Made by a program: the position numbers and the translations under genes
Shown: positions 30,542-41,202 of the stretch, piece after piece
How the letters are laid out: each line of letters begins with the position of its first letter
Numbering within the stretch: position 1 is the stretch's first letter
Origin: Histomonas meleagridis 2922-C6/04-290x
Taxonomy: Eukaryota > Protista > Parabasalia
DNA: 64,000 nt
NCBI GenBank assembly: GCA_020184695.1
Contig: JAANOX010000052.1
Span: 1-64,000 of the forward strand
Direction of reading: 5' to 3'
The notes under the pieces: generated by a model
The model's input: the letters and a program-made list of their open reading frames with translations, nothing else
The model's database searches: none
Told to the model about the DNA's origin: nothing

Positions 30542-33500
30542 ATCGGAGTTTAAACGGTTTCTTATCTGTTTGGTCAGTCAAGCAAAATTTTAGAACTGCT
30601 TTTTCGCAATCATGTTATTTCGTAAAAAAAATCAACTAACTACGAACCAACTCCACCTTTTTGAAATTTTTAGTAATATTTTTTCAAACCCTATGTAATG
30701 ATATTGGTATCTTCGAAAAATTTATCAATGAGTTGACATCAAAAACCGCATTTGATAACACCTATCAGCGCTCAAACATTTATTAAGCATGATAAATGAA
30801 TTATGTTATACTATTGAATTTCTATTGTTAGATTTATATATAAATCCATTTATATAAAGATTTTTATTTATTAACATTTATTCATTCCGTTTCTTCAAGT
30901 GTTTGAAGATTTGCTTTGACTGTTAAAATAAGTTCTTTGAATAATTTCTCATTAATTTGTTCCCCTGGACGATAATAACCTCGAAATGCTTCAATTGTAA
31001 ATGAATATAAATTAGAAATTCGTTTTTGGATATTGTTCTTTTCTTCTTCAAGTTTGTTTTGAAATTCTGTTTCCATTGTTATACTTTTCGTTTTAATAAT
31101 ACTATTACTTAATGATTTTTCTCGTTCAAGCATTTCTTGGAGTGTTCGATTTTGTTTCTTAAGTTTATGTTGTTGTGATTTCATTTTATTAATAATGTTC
31201 CGAAATTCTTCATTCTTTTTTTCTGTTTCTGTAAGTTGGTTCATGAGTTCTTCCATATCTTTCCTCGTGGTTTCACTTGATTTTTGAAGTTCATTAATCG
31301 TTTCATTATATGTATTGATAATTCGTTCTTTTTCATTAGAATTCTTCTTTTGATATCGTTTCTCAAGGTCATCCTTCGCTTGTAAAAGTTCTTGATATTC
31401 TTTGTTTTGTTTGTTTTGTTCACTACGTTGATGTATTAATAAATTCCTTGTTTGTGTAAGTTGTGTAGAACATTTTTCATATTCTTTTCGAAGTTTTTCA
31501 TATTCATTTTGAAGTGTTTGAAGTTGAGTTTTATATTGTTCAATGATATTCGAAATATCTTCTTTAGTTTCTTCATCATAAATAGAAAATTGTGTTTTGG
31601 TATTATAACTTTTATTAAATATGGAATCAATTCGTTCTTGAAGTTGTGAATTTTCTTCTTGAAGTGTTTTAATAATATTATTTAATTCATTATTATCTGC
31701 TTCAAGTATTGATATTTGTTTTTGTTTTGTTTCATTTTCTTCTTGATAATTTTCTTTTTTACGTTGATAATGATTTTTAAGCGTTTTAATAATATTTTGT
31801 GATTTTTTAAGTTTTTTATTGTTTTCTTGATGATTATTAATAAGATTTTTAATATGTTTAAATATATTTTGAAGAGTTTCTTTGTTAGTATTTAACGCTT
31901 TGATTTCAAGAATTTCACTAATTTCTTTAAGAATTATTTTGATTTGTTCTTCTTCTTTTTCATATTTATTCATTTTAAAAATTATATTAGAAATTTGACT
32001 TAATATATTATTTTGAATTTCTTCTTCTTGAATAAATTCTTTAATCGTAATGAGATTTTTATCATTTTGAAGATTAATCATTAAATCATTCAAAAATTCT
32101 TGGATTTTTATGAAAATTTTGTTGTTTTTCTTTCGTTTTTTTTTCGTGTTCTTTAGATTTTCGTTATTTTTATTTTCATAAAATTCTTGAATTATTTGAT
32201 ATATCTTTTGAAGTTTAAATGTTTTATGAAGAACTTCATTATTCGCAATATTACTGATTTTTGGTATTAAAATTTGGTTACCTTTAAATATTAAATCTTC
32301 ATTAGTAATTTCTTGTTCTTTGTCTTTTTGCTTTTTCTTGAAGTTTAATTTCATGTCGTTGTTGAATTATTTCATTTTTGAAGATTTTTCTATTTCTTCT
32401 TCTTTATCATTTAATTTCTTTTTAAGTTCACAATTTTCTTTGTTTTGTTTATCTTTTATTTCTTCTAAAGTATTATTCTTTTGTTGAAGTTCTTGAAGAC
32501 GTTGTTGATATATTTCTTTTTTGATTTTTTTGTTCTTTTTTTGCTTTTTGGATTTTTGATTCATTTCTTCGTTTTCTTTAGGTTCAATGTTTTGTTTTTC
32601 TTTAAGAATTTTGCGAAGACTGTCAAGTTGTAATTGTGCTTCTTTATAAAGAAAATCAATAGATTCATTTTGTTGTTTTAATTTATCATTCTCTTCTTTT
32701 TAAGTTTTTTCTTCATTATTTTCAATCTCTTGAATTCGTTGTTGAAGTTTCTCTCGTGTACTTTCTAAATATGAATTTCGATTTTTAAGTTCATGTATTT
32801 TTTCATGAAAATGAACTTCTAAATTATTTTGTTCATTCGTTTTAGGTTGTTGAATAATAATTCGTGGAATATCATTTGATTCTGATTTAATATTTGGTTC
32901 ATTCTTAAAATTTGAATTTTCTTTATTTAATTGTTTGATTTTATCTTCTAAATTTTGAATTTTATTTTCATAATCTTTAGTCATTTGTTCTTTTTCTTGT
33001 GAAAGTATTAAATATTGTTTGGAATTCATTTCTTCTTGTTTTTCATGTTTTTGTTGAATTTCTTTGATTTCTCTTTTGACTTTATTGAATTCATTCCGTA
33101 ATTCTTCATTTTTAATTTTCATACTTTTGATTTTGTTTTTATATTTCTTTAAAAGATTTCGTTGAATTTCTTTCGAGTTATCTTTGTCTTTCATTATTTG
33201 ATGTGTTTCTTGTGTTAATTTATCTTTTGGTTGTTCAAGAAATGTGATTAATTCTTCAATATTTTGAAATCTTATATTAAAATATATGTTTGAATTAGAA
33301 AGAACTCGTTCAATTTTGTTATTAATGACTTTTGTTGAAATAGAAAGTTTATTGTTGTTTTCTTTTTCTTCTTGAAGTGCTTGTTTTAATATTTTGTCTT
33401 CTTCTTGATGTTTTTTTGAAAGTTTATCAAGTTCTTCTTGAAATTGTAAATTCGTTTGATGAAGTTGTTCTTCATATAAATGTTTTTCTTTTCGTTTTTC

Positions 33501-34481
33501 TTCTTTGATTTCTTCAACAGTTTGTAAACTAAGTTCAAGACGTCGTGAAAGATCTTCTTCTCTGCTTGTAAATTCCTTATGTTTGCTTTAAGTTGATTGT
33601 TTTGTGAATGTAATGTTTCAACTTGTTCTGAAAGTAAAATCGTTTTATCTAATTGTTCTTTAAGATATGAATTTTCTTCCTTAAGTTCTTCATTTTCTGC
33701 TCGAAGGTTTTGTTGAACTTCATCAATTTCACTTTGAAAGCTTGAATCTGAATCAAGCATGAAAATTTTTTATTTATTGACTTTTGGCGGGATATATAAC
33801 CGTTAAAATTAACGTATCGTTCTCAAAATATCGTCACTTTTCTTCTTTTTGATTTATGTAAAAAAAGATATTTTCCTTTTACTTGGTGATTGAAATATTT
33901 TAAAATTTAAAATTTAAAAAATCATGAATATATATTTTAATTAAACATGAGAAATTAAAAAAAAAAAATTATTTAATCATTTTTAGTTTTTTGAATCTTT
34001 TCTTGAAATGCATAATGAAAGATTTTATCTGAAAATTCTGAATAATCAATATTCGAACTTAAACATTTGACGAATTCGAGTAATTCGTTGAATTTAATTT
34101 TAGACTTATAAATACTTAAATCACCATAACTAAATCCAAGAAGTAATCCTTTATCTTCACCTTCTGCTATTTCATAAATAGGTGTTGAACTATCTGTCCC
34201 CTCCCAAATAATACCGATCGGAAACGCTTTTTTACCAACAATTTCTTCATAATTTTCATAATCATATTCATCTTTTGAAAATGTATGAAGTTGACCAACA
34301 TCACTCACAGCAACTCCTAAAGATTCAATAAAACCTGAACCAACATTTTTCCAAAAATTAATAAGTTCTTCTGATGGTTGGATTTCAAGATTTTTGAGAA
34401 TCTCATTTAACTTCTCTTCAGATATTGGTGCATTAACCTTAAGGCTTTTATCTTTGAATGCATCATAAATTGTGTTGGATG
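30542..34481 (-). repeat. Copy 1 of ~3.9-kb inverted segmental duplication
   Basis: Near-identical to the reverse complement of 52764-56588, including intergenic DNA. Confidence 0.9.
30882..33760 (-). pseudogene. Long coiled-coil protein gene, frameshifted (copy 1)
   Basis: ORF pieces 33386-33760, 32700-33194, 32367-32564 and 30882-32354 join into one Glu/Lys/Gln/Asn-rich protein. The breaks differ from copy 2. Confidence 0.75.
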
Positions 34482-34509
34482 TAATAAAATAGAACAATGT
34501 CCATATCAT
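33973..34509 (-). CDS. SMI1/KNR4-family protein (copy 1, different N-terminus)
   Basis: ISEEKLNEILKNLEIQPSEELINFWKNVGSG motif. Identical to copy 2 from TIYDAFK onward. Confidence 0.65.
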   Translation of the reverse strand: MIWTLFYFITSNTIYDAFKDKSLKVNAPISEEKLNEILKNLEIQPSEELINFWKNVGSGFIESLGVAVSDVGQLHTFSKDEYDYENYEEIVGKKAFPIGIIWEGTDSSTPIYEIAEGEDKGLLLGFSYGDLSIYKSKIKFNELLEFVKCLSSNIDYSEFSDKIFHYAFQEKIQKTKND

Positions 34510-35222
34510 AAATAATTCGATTAAATTTATTCTTCGTTCTATTTCCAAGATAAAATTACTTTCTAAAAACTTAAACAAACTGAAGCATTTCATTAAATAA
34601 AATCGTATTTTATTAAAAATCATTTTTGATATCATGAATTAAAAAAAAAGTTAATTAAAAATACACATACTTTTATTATTTCAATTTATCAATGAAAATA
34701 ACAAAAAAGAAAACAATTTTCACCCAAATCATAAAAATTCTTTAATACATTTAGTTAAATATATTTTATTTATTTCATTTATTAATAAATCTATAAATTA
34801 TTTTAAGGGGATAACTTTTTTGATTATTCGAAATAAACTGAAAATTTGTTGTTTGTTTTTGCATTTGTAACCTTAACTTCCTTTAATCAATAGATATTTT
34901 AAGTAAAATTTAAAAAAAAAAAAATTGATTACTGTAGCACCATTAAAACAAATTTATTGCATGAGTGTTTATTTGATATATGTATCATTATAGATATGTA
35001 AAAATGTTTAACCAATAATTAAAATGGATTAAATAATCCTCTTATATAAAATCTTTAAACAGCACATAATCTTACTTAATTTTTCAAGTGCTTTAGTTTT
35101 TCGCAAAAACTGTAGAATCACACAAACACACGCATGAAATAACTGAAATAGACGATAGGGGAAAATTGAACTAAGTAAAGCGCTCAAAATGCGATATAGA
35201 AAATTGAGAAGGTTTGTTTTGG

Positions 35223-35227
35223 CCTTT
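35223..35227 (+). promoter_or_regulatory. CCTTT (M5-like) core promoter motif of ribosomal protein gene
   Basis: CCTTT ends 7 nt before the RPS26 ATG. M5 is described for T. vaginalis ribosomal protein genes. Confidence 0.55.
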
Positions 35228-35233
35228 TAGTGA

Positions 35234-35569
35234 ATGCCTCAAAAAAGAAGGAACTGTGGACGTTCAAAGATGAACGCCGGTCGCAAGAAGATTGTTAACT
35301 GCATGAACTGCGGTCGTATGGTTCCACGTGATAAGGCCATCAAACGTTTTTTGACAAAGAATATGGTTGATAGTTCATCTGCCAAAGATGTTATGGATGC
35401 TTCCATTTACAAGGAATACGAATTCCCAAAGACATACCAAAAGTGCTTCTATTGTGTTTCATGTGCTTGCCATCGTCGTATCGTTCGTGTTCGTAATGCC
35501 AACCTTCGTCATGTCCGTGTTCCATTTTTCTTGAAGCAACGTGCCGAAGCCAAACAGAACAAGCAATAA
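35234..35569 (+). CDS. RPS26: 40S ribosomal protein S26 (eS26)
   Basis: MPQKRRNCGR..VNCMNCGRMVPRDKAIKRF...CVSCACHRRIVRVR. Confidence 0.97.
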   Translation: MPQKRRNCGRSKMNAGRKKIVNCMNCGRMVPRDKAIKRFLTKNMVDSSSAKDVMDASIYKEYEFPKTYQKCFYCVSCACHRRIVRVRNANLRHVRVPFFLKQRAEAKQNKQ

Positions 35570-35691
35570 AACAAATTTGGACTTTAACTTCTGTTTATTT
35601 ATAAAGTATTCAATTGCGGTGCACCCCGTTTTTTGATGTGATGTGACTGAAACGCTACTGCCTATAGCCCAAAACACCCTTTCAGCTAAAA

Positions 35692-36297
35692 ATGGTTTTC
35701 GATCCTGACTTTGGGATTTCTTCATGGTACTTGAAACCAACATTCTTTCTGAAAATAGTTTGTGGAATTATTTCAGGAGCTTTCCTTATATATCTGATTA
35801 TTCTTGATGTTATGGTAAATGATGTATTTTTCCCAGTTGCATGTACTGGAACACCAAGAAACATTGCTATAACAATAACAATCTTTTTACTTCTTATTTG
35901 CATTCTGTATCCAATTTATGCATTTAAGTTTGGCCAATACAAAGTTTATGGATTGATCGGATTTTCTGTATTTGCAGTTATAATATTAGTGTTATCAATA
36001 TCATACGCAGTAAGTTTCGCAGGTTCTCAAGTTTTTGATAAATATTATGAAAAAGCAATGACATATGCTTCAACCCATCCAAAAGAATCTCGAACCGATT
36101 ACTTTAAAGAGGCAACAAAGTATGAACTTGCTACAAGTGATCTTGAAAGAAGAAAATCTTGCCTAACTTACTTTAATAACAGGCTTCATGATGCAGGAGA
36201 AATCGTTCTTGGACTTTCAGTCACTTGCTTTATTTTGTTTGTTTTAGTTGAAGGCGTTTTCTACATAAAAGGCGAAAGCTATCAAGCTCTTACATAA
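35692..36297 (+). CDS. Tetraspanin-like 4-TM protein
   Basis: Three N-terminal hydrophobic helices, a large loop, then a fourth TM near the C-terminus. Confidence 0.55.
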   Translation: MVFDPDFGISSWYLKPTFFLKIVCGIISGAFLIYLIILDVMVNDVFFPVACTGTPRNIAITITIFLLLICILYPIYAFKFGQYKVYGLIGFSVFAVIILVLSISYAVSFAGSQVFDKYYEKAMTYASTHPKESRTDYFKEATKYELATSDLERRKSCLTYFNNRLHDAGEIVLGLSVTCFILFVLVEGVFYIKGESYQALT

Positions 36298-36474
36298 AAT
36301 TCAATAAAAAATTTTAAATTCAGAAACTTTTTATGCCAACAATTTTCTTAAAAATTAATTATGGCATTATTTAAAGGTTTCCATTTAACAAATGGAAAAA
36401 TAAAAATTTATTTTATGTTTATTTATTAACACATTGTTGAAAACGATTAAGCATTTTTCGTTTTGAAATTTAAG

Positions 36475-37548
36475 TTAACTCAGTAATTGGCTTGGATCAG
36501 TAATTATTCTTCCTTGTGTTCTTTCAACCATCCCTCTAAGCTTACCACATGCATGAGAAAAATCAATATCATCCTCAACAATTAAATACACAGTCAAACC
36601 CGATTCAACAATTTCTTTTTCTGCTGATAAAATTGCATCAAAAATAATTTGCTTCGGATTACAAAAAGTGCCGCTTCCCAATAGAGTAAGAAAACAAACA
36701 TTTGAACCGTCGTATCCAGGAAACAAAACAGAGTTTTCCCAAGCTGCTAGAATGGTTGCTTTGTATTCTGCTGAAAGTAGGAACTGGGAAAGTTGAAATG
36801 TGAAATTATTTGAAACAACATTATCTTGAAATGAAAAAGCTGATGCAAAAACATGGTGTACAAACTGTGGTTGATCCAAAAACAAATAGCCATTTTTTAT
36901 GGATTTTAAAATAACTTGACAATTTTGATGAACACCAACTTGATAATTATCAAGATCACCCCAATTAAACTCAGTATTTTCAAAATCTTTGGATTCTGCT
37001 TCATCGATAAATGCATACCCATGTTGAACTCGGATTGGTGTATTGGATAACAAATTAATTTCTTCTCCAAGTTGGCCTGCTGAGTGAACATAGTAATTAC
37101 GATAAAGTAATGATGCACATGTAGAAAGAGAGGCTTGGGTTCCACGAAGTTTGTCATATGAATAACATGAAATTCCATTTACTGCACTTTGAGATGGGCT
37201 TATGAAGTGAAGACAATTAAACTGAGAATCAATTTGGAATGTTGCTCCTTGAAATTCTTTCATTGATTGAAGAATCGTAATGTTTGATAAATTTAAATTG
37301 TTTGTTTTGAGTGAGCTATTTTTAACAATGTTAAATGATCCATTTCCTCTAATAGCTAGTCCTTGAAATGATGATAGTGTTCTTTCTTTAAATATACCAG
37401 CTTGTATTTGAAAATTTGTTGATTTAAAAATGATCATTACATTTTCTTCTTCTTCTTGATCAAGCAGCCATTTGTCAATATTTTCAAGTGTTTCGGTAAA
37501 ACCAAAAACATCTTTGAACCAATCGTTTTTATTTGTGGTGTGCAACAA
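36475..37548 (-). CDS. Conserved hypothetical protein of the SQFNCL...LTLLGxGxFxN family (possibly macrodomain/PARG-like fold); no ATG at 5' end
   Basis: WFKDVFGF, DSQFNCLHF, EYKATILAA and CFLTLLGSGTFCNP motifs. The fold assignment is from memory only. Confidence 0.5.
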   Translation of the reverse strand: MLHTTNKNDWFKDVFGFTETLENIDKWLLDQEEEENVMIIFKSTNFQIQAGIFKERTLSSFQGLAIRGNGSFNIVKNSSLKTNNLNLSNITILQSMKEFQGATFQIDSQFNCLHFISPSQSAVNGISCYSYDKLRGTQASLSTCASLLYRNYYVHSAGQLGEEINLLSNTPIRVQHGYAFIDEAESKDFENTEFNWGDLDNYQVGVHQNCQVILKSIKNGYLFLDQPQFVHHVFASAFSFQDNVVSNNFTFQLSQFLLSAEYKATILAAWENSVLFPGYDGSNVCFLTLLGSGTFCNPKQIIFDAILSAEKEIVESGLTVYLIVEDDIDFSHACGKLRGMVERTQGRIITDPSQLLS

Positions 37549-37798
37549 CTGAAAAAAATTTTTGTTTTATTTGAGAAGCTTTGTTTGAACAAAAAAATTA
37601 AGATTTTGCTTAACAAATGTTTTGTTTCATACTATTAATAGTTAACTTCAATTTTTTTTTGTTTTAAAATCCATTTTTTTTGCCTCAAATATAATCAGAG
37701 ATCCCACATACTATTAAAGATTAACTTAAAAGTTCAGATGAAAAACAAAAGTTAACTTGTTTACTTCATTCACAATGACGCAAAAACATGATCATTTC

Positions 37799-38572
37799 TT
37801 ATTGTTGAGTTACAAAATTCAACATTTTGGATACCATTGGCGAATAAGTCATATAACCCTTACTTGGTGTTGGGCTTTTCAAGGAAGCATTAGATAGTGC
37901 GTTTGGAAGTGGACGAAGGACTCTTTGGCGTGCTCTAAATTCTTCGAAATTTTGCTTATACAGCGCAGTTTCTCTGACAAGCTCACCATTTTTACGGTAA
38001 GTATCATCAAGCATTCTAACATATCCTCCTTCGCAATATTCTTGATGTTGGCTGTAAAAACCACGATAACCACCATCAAGAACATAAATATGTGGATAGA
38101 ATAAATTAGGATGAATGTTCATGTTACGGTCTATTTCACGGAACATTTGTGCTACTTCTGGTCCTCTATTATGAGAAAATTCGCAATGAAATACTATGAC
38201 GGAATTTGGAATTATTTTGTTGAAGAACATACTCATGATCATCTCTGGCGAATTTGCGTTCATTGCTCCTTGAATATGACCTCCATTATATTCATATGAA
38301 AATCGAGCATCAATTATGTATAATTGATCGAAATAATTATCATAAACACCATCTAAAAGATCACAAAGCGTGTCACCAGTGATCCTTAAGATAGCATCTG
38401 AATGTGGAAGAGTTGGAATGAAATGTTGTCTTCTTGGAGAATTAGGAGAACCAAACAAAATCTCTTGCATATTTCTTGGTGGCCTAGGAGATTCGTCAAA
38501 TTGGGGAAGTGGGAATGATCCGCGGATAGGAGAGGAAGAAGTTCTTGCAAAATTCATTTTGATTAACGTCAT
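37799..38572 (-). CDS. CDC25: Cdc25-like M-phase inducer phosphatase (rhodanese fold)
   Basis: IIDARFSYEYNGGHI, VFHCEFSHNRGP active site, and YVLDGGY. Confidence 0.9.
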   Translation of the reverse strand: MTLIKMNFARTSSSPIRGSFPLPQFDESPRPPRNMQEILFGSPNSPRRQHFIPTLPHSDAILRITGDTLCDLLDGVYDNYFDQLYIIDARFSYEYNGGHIQGAMNANSPEMIMSMFFNKIIPNSVIVFHCEFSHNRGPEVAQMFREIDRNMNIHPNLFYPHIYVLDGGYRGFYSQHQEYCEGGYVRMLDDTYRKNGELVRETALYKQNFEEFRARQRVLRPLPNALSNASLKSPTPSKGYMTYSPMVSKMLNFVTQQ

Positions 38573-39134
38573 ATGCTAAACGTACGGAATCTCAAAAAAT
38601 TGACAGAAACTGTCAAAACCACTTTTTATCACAAGAACAAATCTGATTGTGAATAAATTTGAAATAAACCTTAGAACATACATTATCAAGTAAAAGCTAA
38701 TAATAAGATAGATTAGAACCATTAGTTTGTTGCAGATGACTAAAAAGTGCGGTCCTATCTTAACATTCAAATAATTTTTCAACTTTGCTGAACAATGGTC
38801 AAATTTCTTATTTGTAACCACATTTAGAAGTTTTTAACCTTGCTATTATAATTTGTAAATTAGTAGTTTCAATTTCGAATGTAATAATTTTGTTCATTGA
38901 TGCATCAAGTGTTGCAGAACCTTTTTTTCAATAAACATTGTAATTAGTGTAGAGGTAATATTATAATTATTATAATATAATGGAACTTTTTAAAATATTC
39001 TTTTGTTAAATGACAAAGGAATCAAACACAAAATGTCGAATTTACAAGCGCGGTGGCGATCATTTTACCAGATATTATAAATAAAATTGCAATATTTTAA
39101 ATTTTTTATTAACATAAAGTGCAATTATTTTATT

Positions 39135-40388
39135 TTAGTCATCAGAGAAATTAGAAACAGCTGCATTTGCGAGATTTGATATTTCTTCATTTTCTGAAAT
39201 TGTTAAATCGAGAACGCAATTTATTAATGTCTGTTCAAATGTAAATTCTTTATTTTGTTGTAATAATATTACAACCTTTAATAACATTAATTGTATGCAG
39301 GCAGAACCACCTTCAAAAAATAGTGGAAAAATTTCTAAAATATTGTTTTCCAAGAAAAACCCCAGAACTTCATTTGGTGCGAAAAGAATCAATTTGCAAA
39401 TAAGATTCAAAGCAATTAACCTATTTTTAAACGAAGATTTATCTAAAATACTTAACAACAGCATGTGAAAATCTCTCATTTTTACAAATGGCTCAACAGA
39501 AATATTAAATGTTAAAAGTAAAAACGCATATTTATCATTTTTTTTCAACGCATAAAAAAATATTTCTAAAAAAGGTGTTTTCGTTAATAATTCAAAGGAT
39601 CCAAGACCTTTGATGCAAACTACAAGAAGATGCATAAGAACATATTTTTCAACATCATCGAGATTTGGACGTATATAATTCGAAAGACATTGGATGATTT
39701 CAATTGGAAACTGTGGAAGTTGAGGAATAATTTGAATTAATGATTCCATAGATGAAATGGACAAATTGGTATCTGTTCCGTTGGTTATAATGTTGAAAAG
39801 AAAGGTAATAAAAGCATTTGAATCAATGGCATTAGGATTAATAAAAAGAACAGTGGTTGTGAAATCAATTAAATTATGTGATGGTTTGGTAGATATGATT
39901 CGTTCTGTTAAATTTGGTAATAATGTAATATAATGAGGCTTTAATTTGATGATGTGCTTGAGAATTTTAAGTGAAAATTCATTTTCAAAATAAAAATAAA
40001 CTAATTGAAGAAAATGAGGTTGTGAAAAAAACTCAAGATAATAATTTGAATCTCCATATGAAACGAGTTCGTAAATAATACGTAAAAGAATCTGTATAAT
40101 ATCAAGTGATTGTCCTGATTGGGGATCAAGAAGAATAAGAAATGGTTCAAAGTAAGAAAAAGGAATGATATGAAAAACATGTGAAAATCCATCGAGCAAT
40201 GATAGCAATATATAATATTTATTACTTTTTTCAAAATTTAATCGAGACAATAAATCAATCATTACTTCATGTGAAATATAAGATGAAACTTGTGATTTAT
40301 CTTCTTGGATAATGTTTGATTTTGAGTTTAGCTTTTCTTGAATTTGATTCGGCTTTTTTTCATTTCCAAGCATTTTATCACAAAACAT
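39135..40388 (-). CDS. Hypothetical ARM/HEAT-like helical protein
   Basis: 417-aa Leu/Ile/Phe-rich ORF. Confidence 0.7.
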   Translation of the reverse strand: MFCDKMLGNEKKPNQIQEKLNSKSNIIQEDKSQVSSYISHEVMIDLLSRLNFEKSNKYYILLSLLDGFSHVFHIIPFSYFEPFLILLDPQSGQSLDIIQILLRIIYELVSYGDSNYYLEFFSQPHFLQLVYFYFENEFSLKILKHIIKLKPHYITLLPNLTERIISTKPSHNLIDFTTTVLFINPNAIDSNAFITFLFNIITNGTDTNLSISSMESLIQIIPQLPQFPIEIIQCLSNYIRPNLDDVEKYVLMHLLVVCIKGLGSFELLTKTPFLEIFFYALKKNDKYAFLLLTFNISVEPFVKMRDFHMLLLSILDKSSFKNRLIALNLICKLILFAPNEVLGFFLENNILEIFPLFFEGGSACIQLMLLKVVILLQQNKEFTFEQTLINCVLDLTISENEEISNLANAAVSNFSDD

Positions 40389-40642
40389 ATTTAACGTCTT
40401 TTAACGGTCGTCATTAATCGGAATTTCATTTAACTTTAACAATTTTTATACTTCATAGCCTTTTAAAACAACAATATGAAAGAATTTTTAATAGCATGTT
40501 ATCATTTTTATCATGAAATCATGTTTGTTTAGGGAAACAATTGTTTACAAAGCTTGTTTGCCTTTAAAACAAAAGAAAATTGGGTATATGACCATTTGGG
40601 GAAGCTTCTAATAACGTCCCTCTTACCTCGTGTTTTTGATCA

Positions 40643-40875
40643 TTAATTTTCTAAAAAATTAATTATTTTTGTATGAACATTAAAAGATGCTTTCATATGT
40701 GATGTTTTAAATAAATTAAATAATTTCCAAATATTATTTTAAAACATTATATCAACAAAATAATTATTAAATAAAAAAAGTAAGTTTCTTTAGAATTAAT
40801 ATCATTTCTGTTTTATTCATGAAATAATTTAACTATTTCCACATGACTTTGTTTACAAGCAAGCATAATTATTCA
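40643..40875 (-). pseudogene. Orphan degenerate ankyrin-spacer-ankyrin fragment
   Basis: IMLACKQSHVEIVKLFHE*NRNDINSK, then an 83-nt spacer (40788-40706) containing atttggaaattattt, then TSHMKASFNVHTKI. Confidence 0.7.
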
Positions 40876-41202
40876 ATATAATTTTAAATCATAAATATTA
40901 ACAACAATTAAAATGAACAAATGTCTTTAATTCTTTCATAAAATTTAAATATATTTCAAAATCATTCTTTTGCATAACAATACAGATAAAAATAAATTGA
41001 CTTAATATGACTCAAATTAAGTCATAGTTATAACTGTTATAACTATATTAAAAGAATAAGGACAACTAAAAACAAACATGGAAATAATTGAATGAACCGT
41101 TGTAACTCAAAGTGTTCGAACACTTCGTTCCTCAGCGATGCGAACAATGAAACCGTTAACAAAACGTTGCGAAATATTTTCAAACAAAACCGTTTATTCG
41201 GC

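Noticed and set aside
30882-33760. Programmed frameshifting in the coiled-coil gene
   Set aside because: The breaks lie at A-runs and differ between the two duplicate copies, which fits errors or decay.
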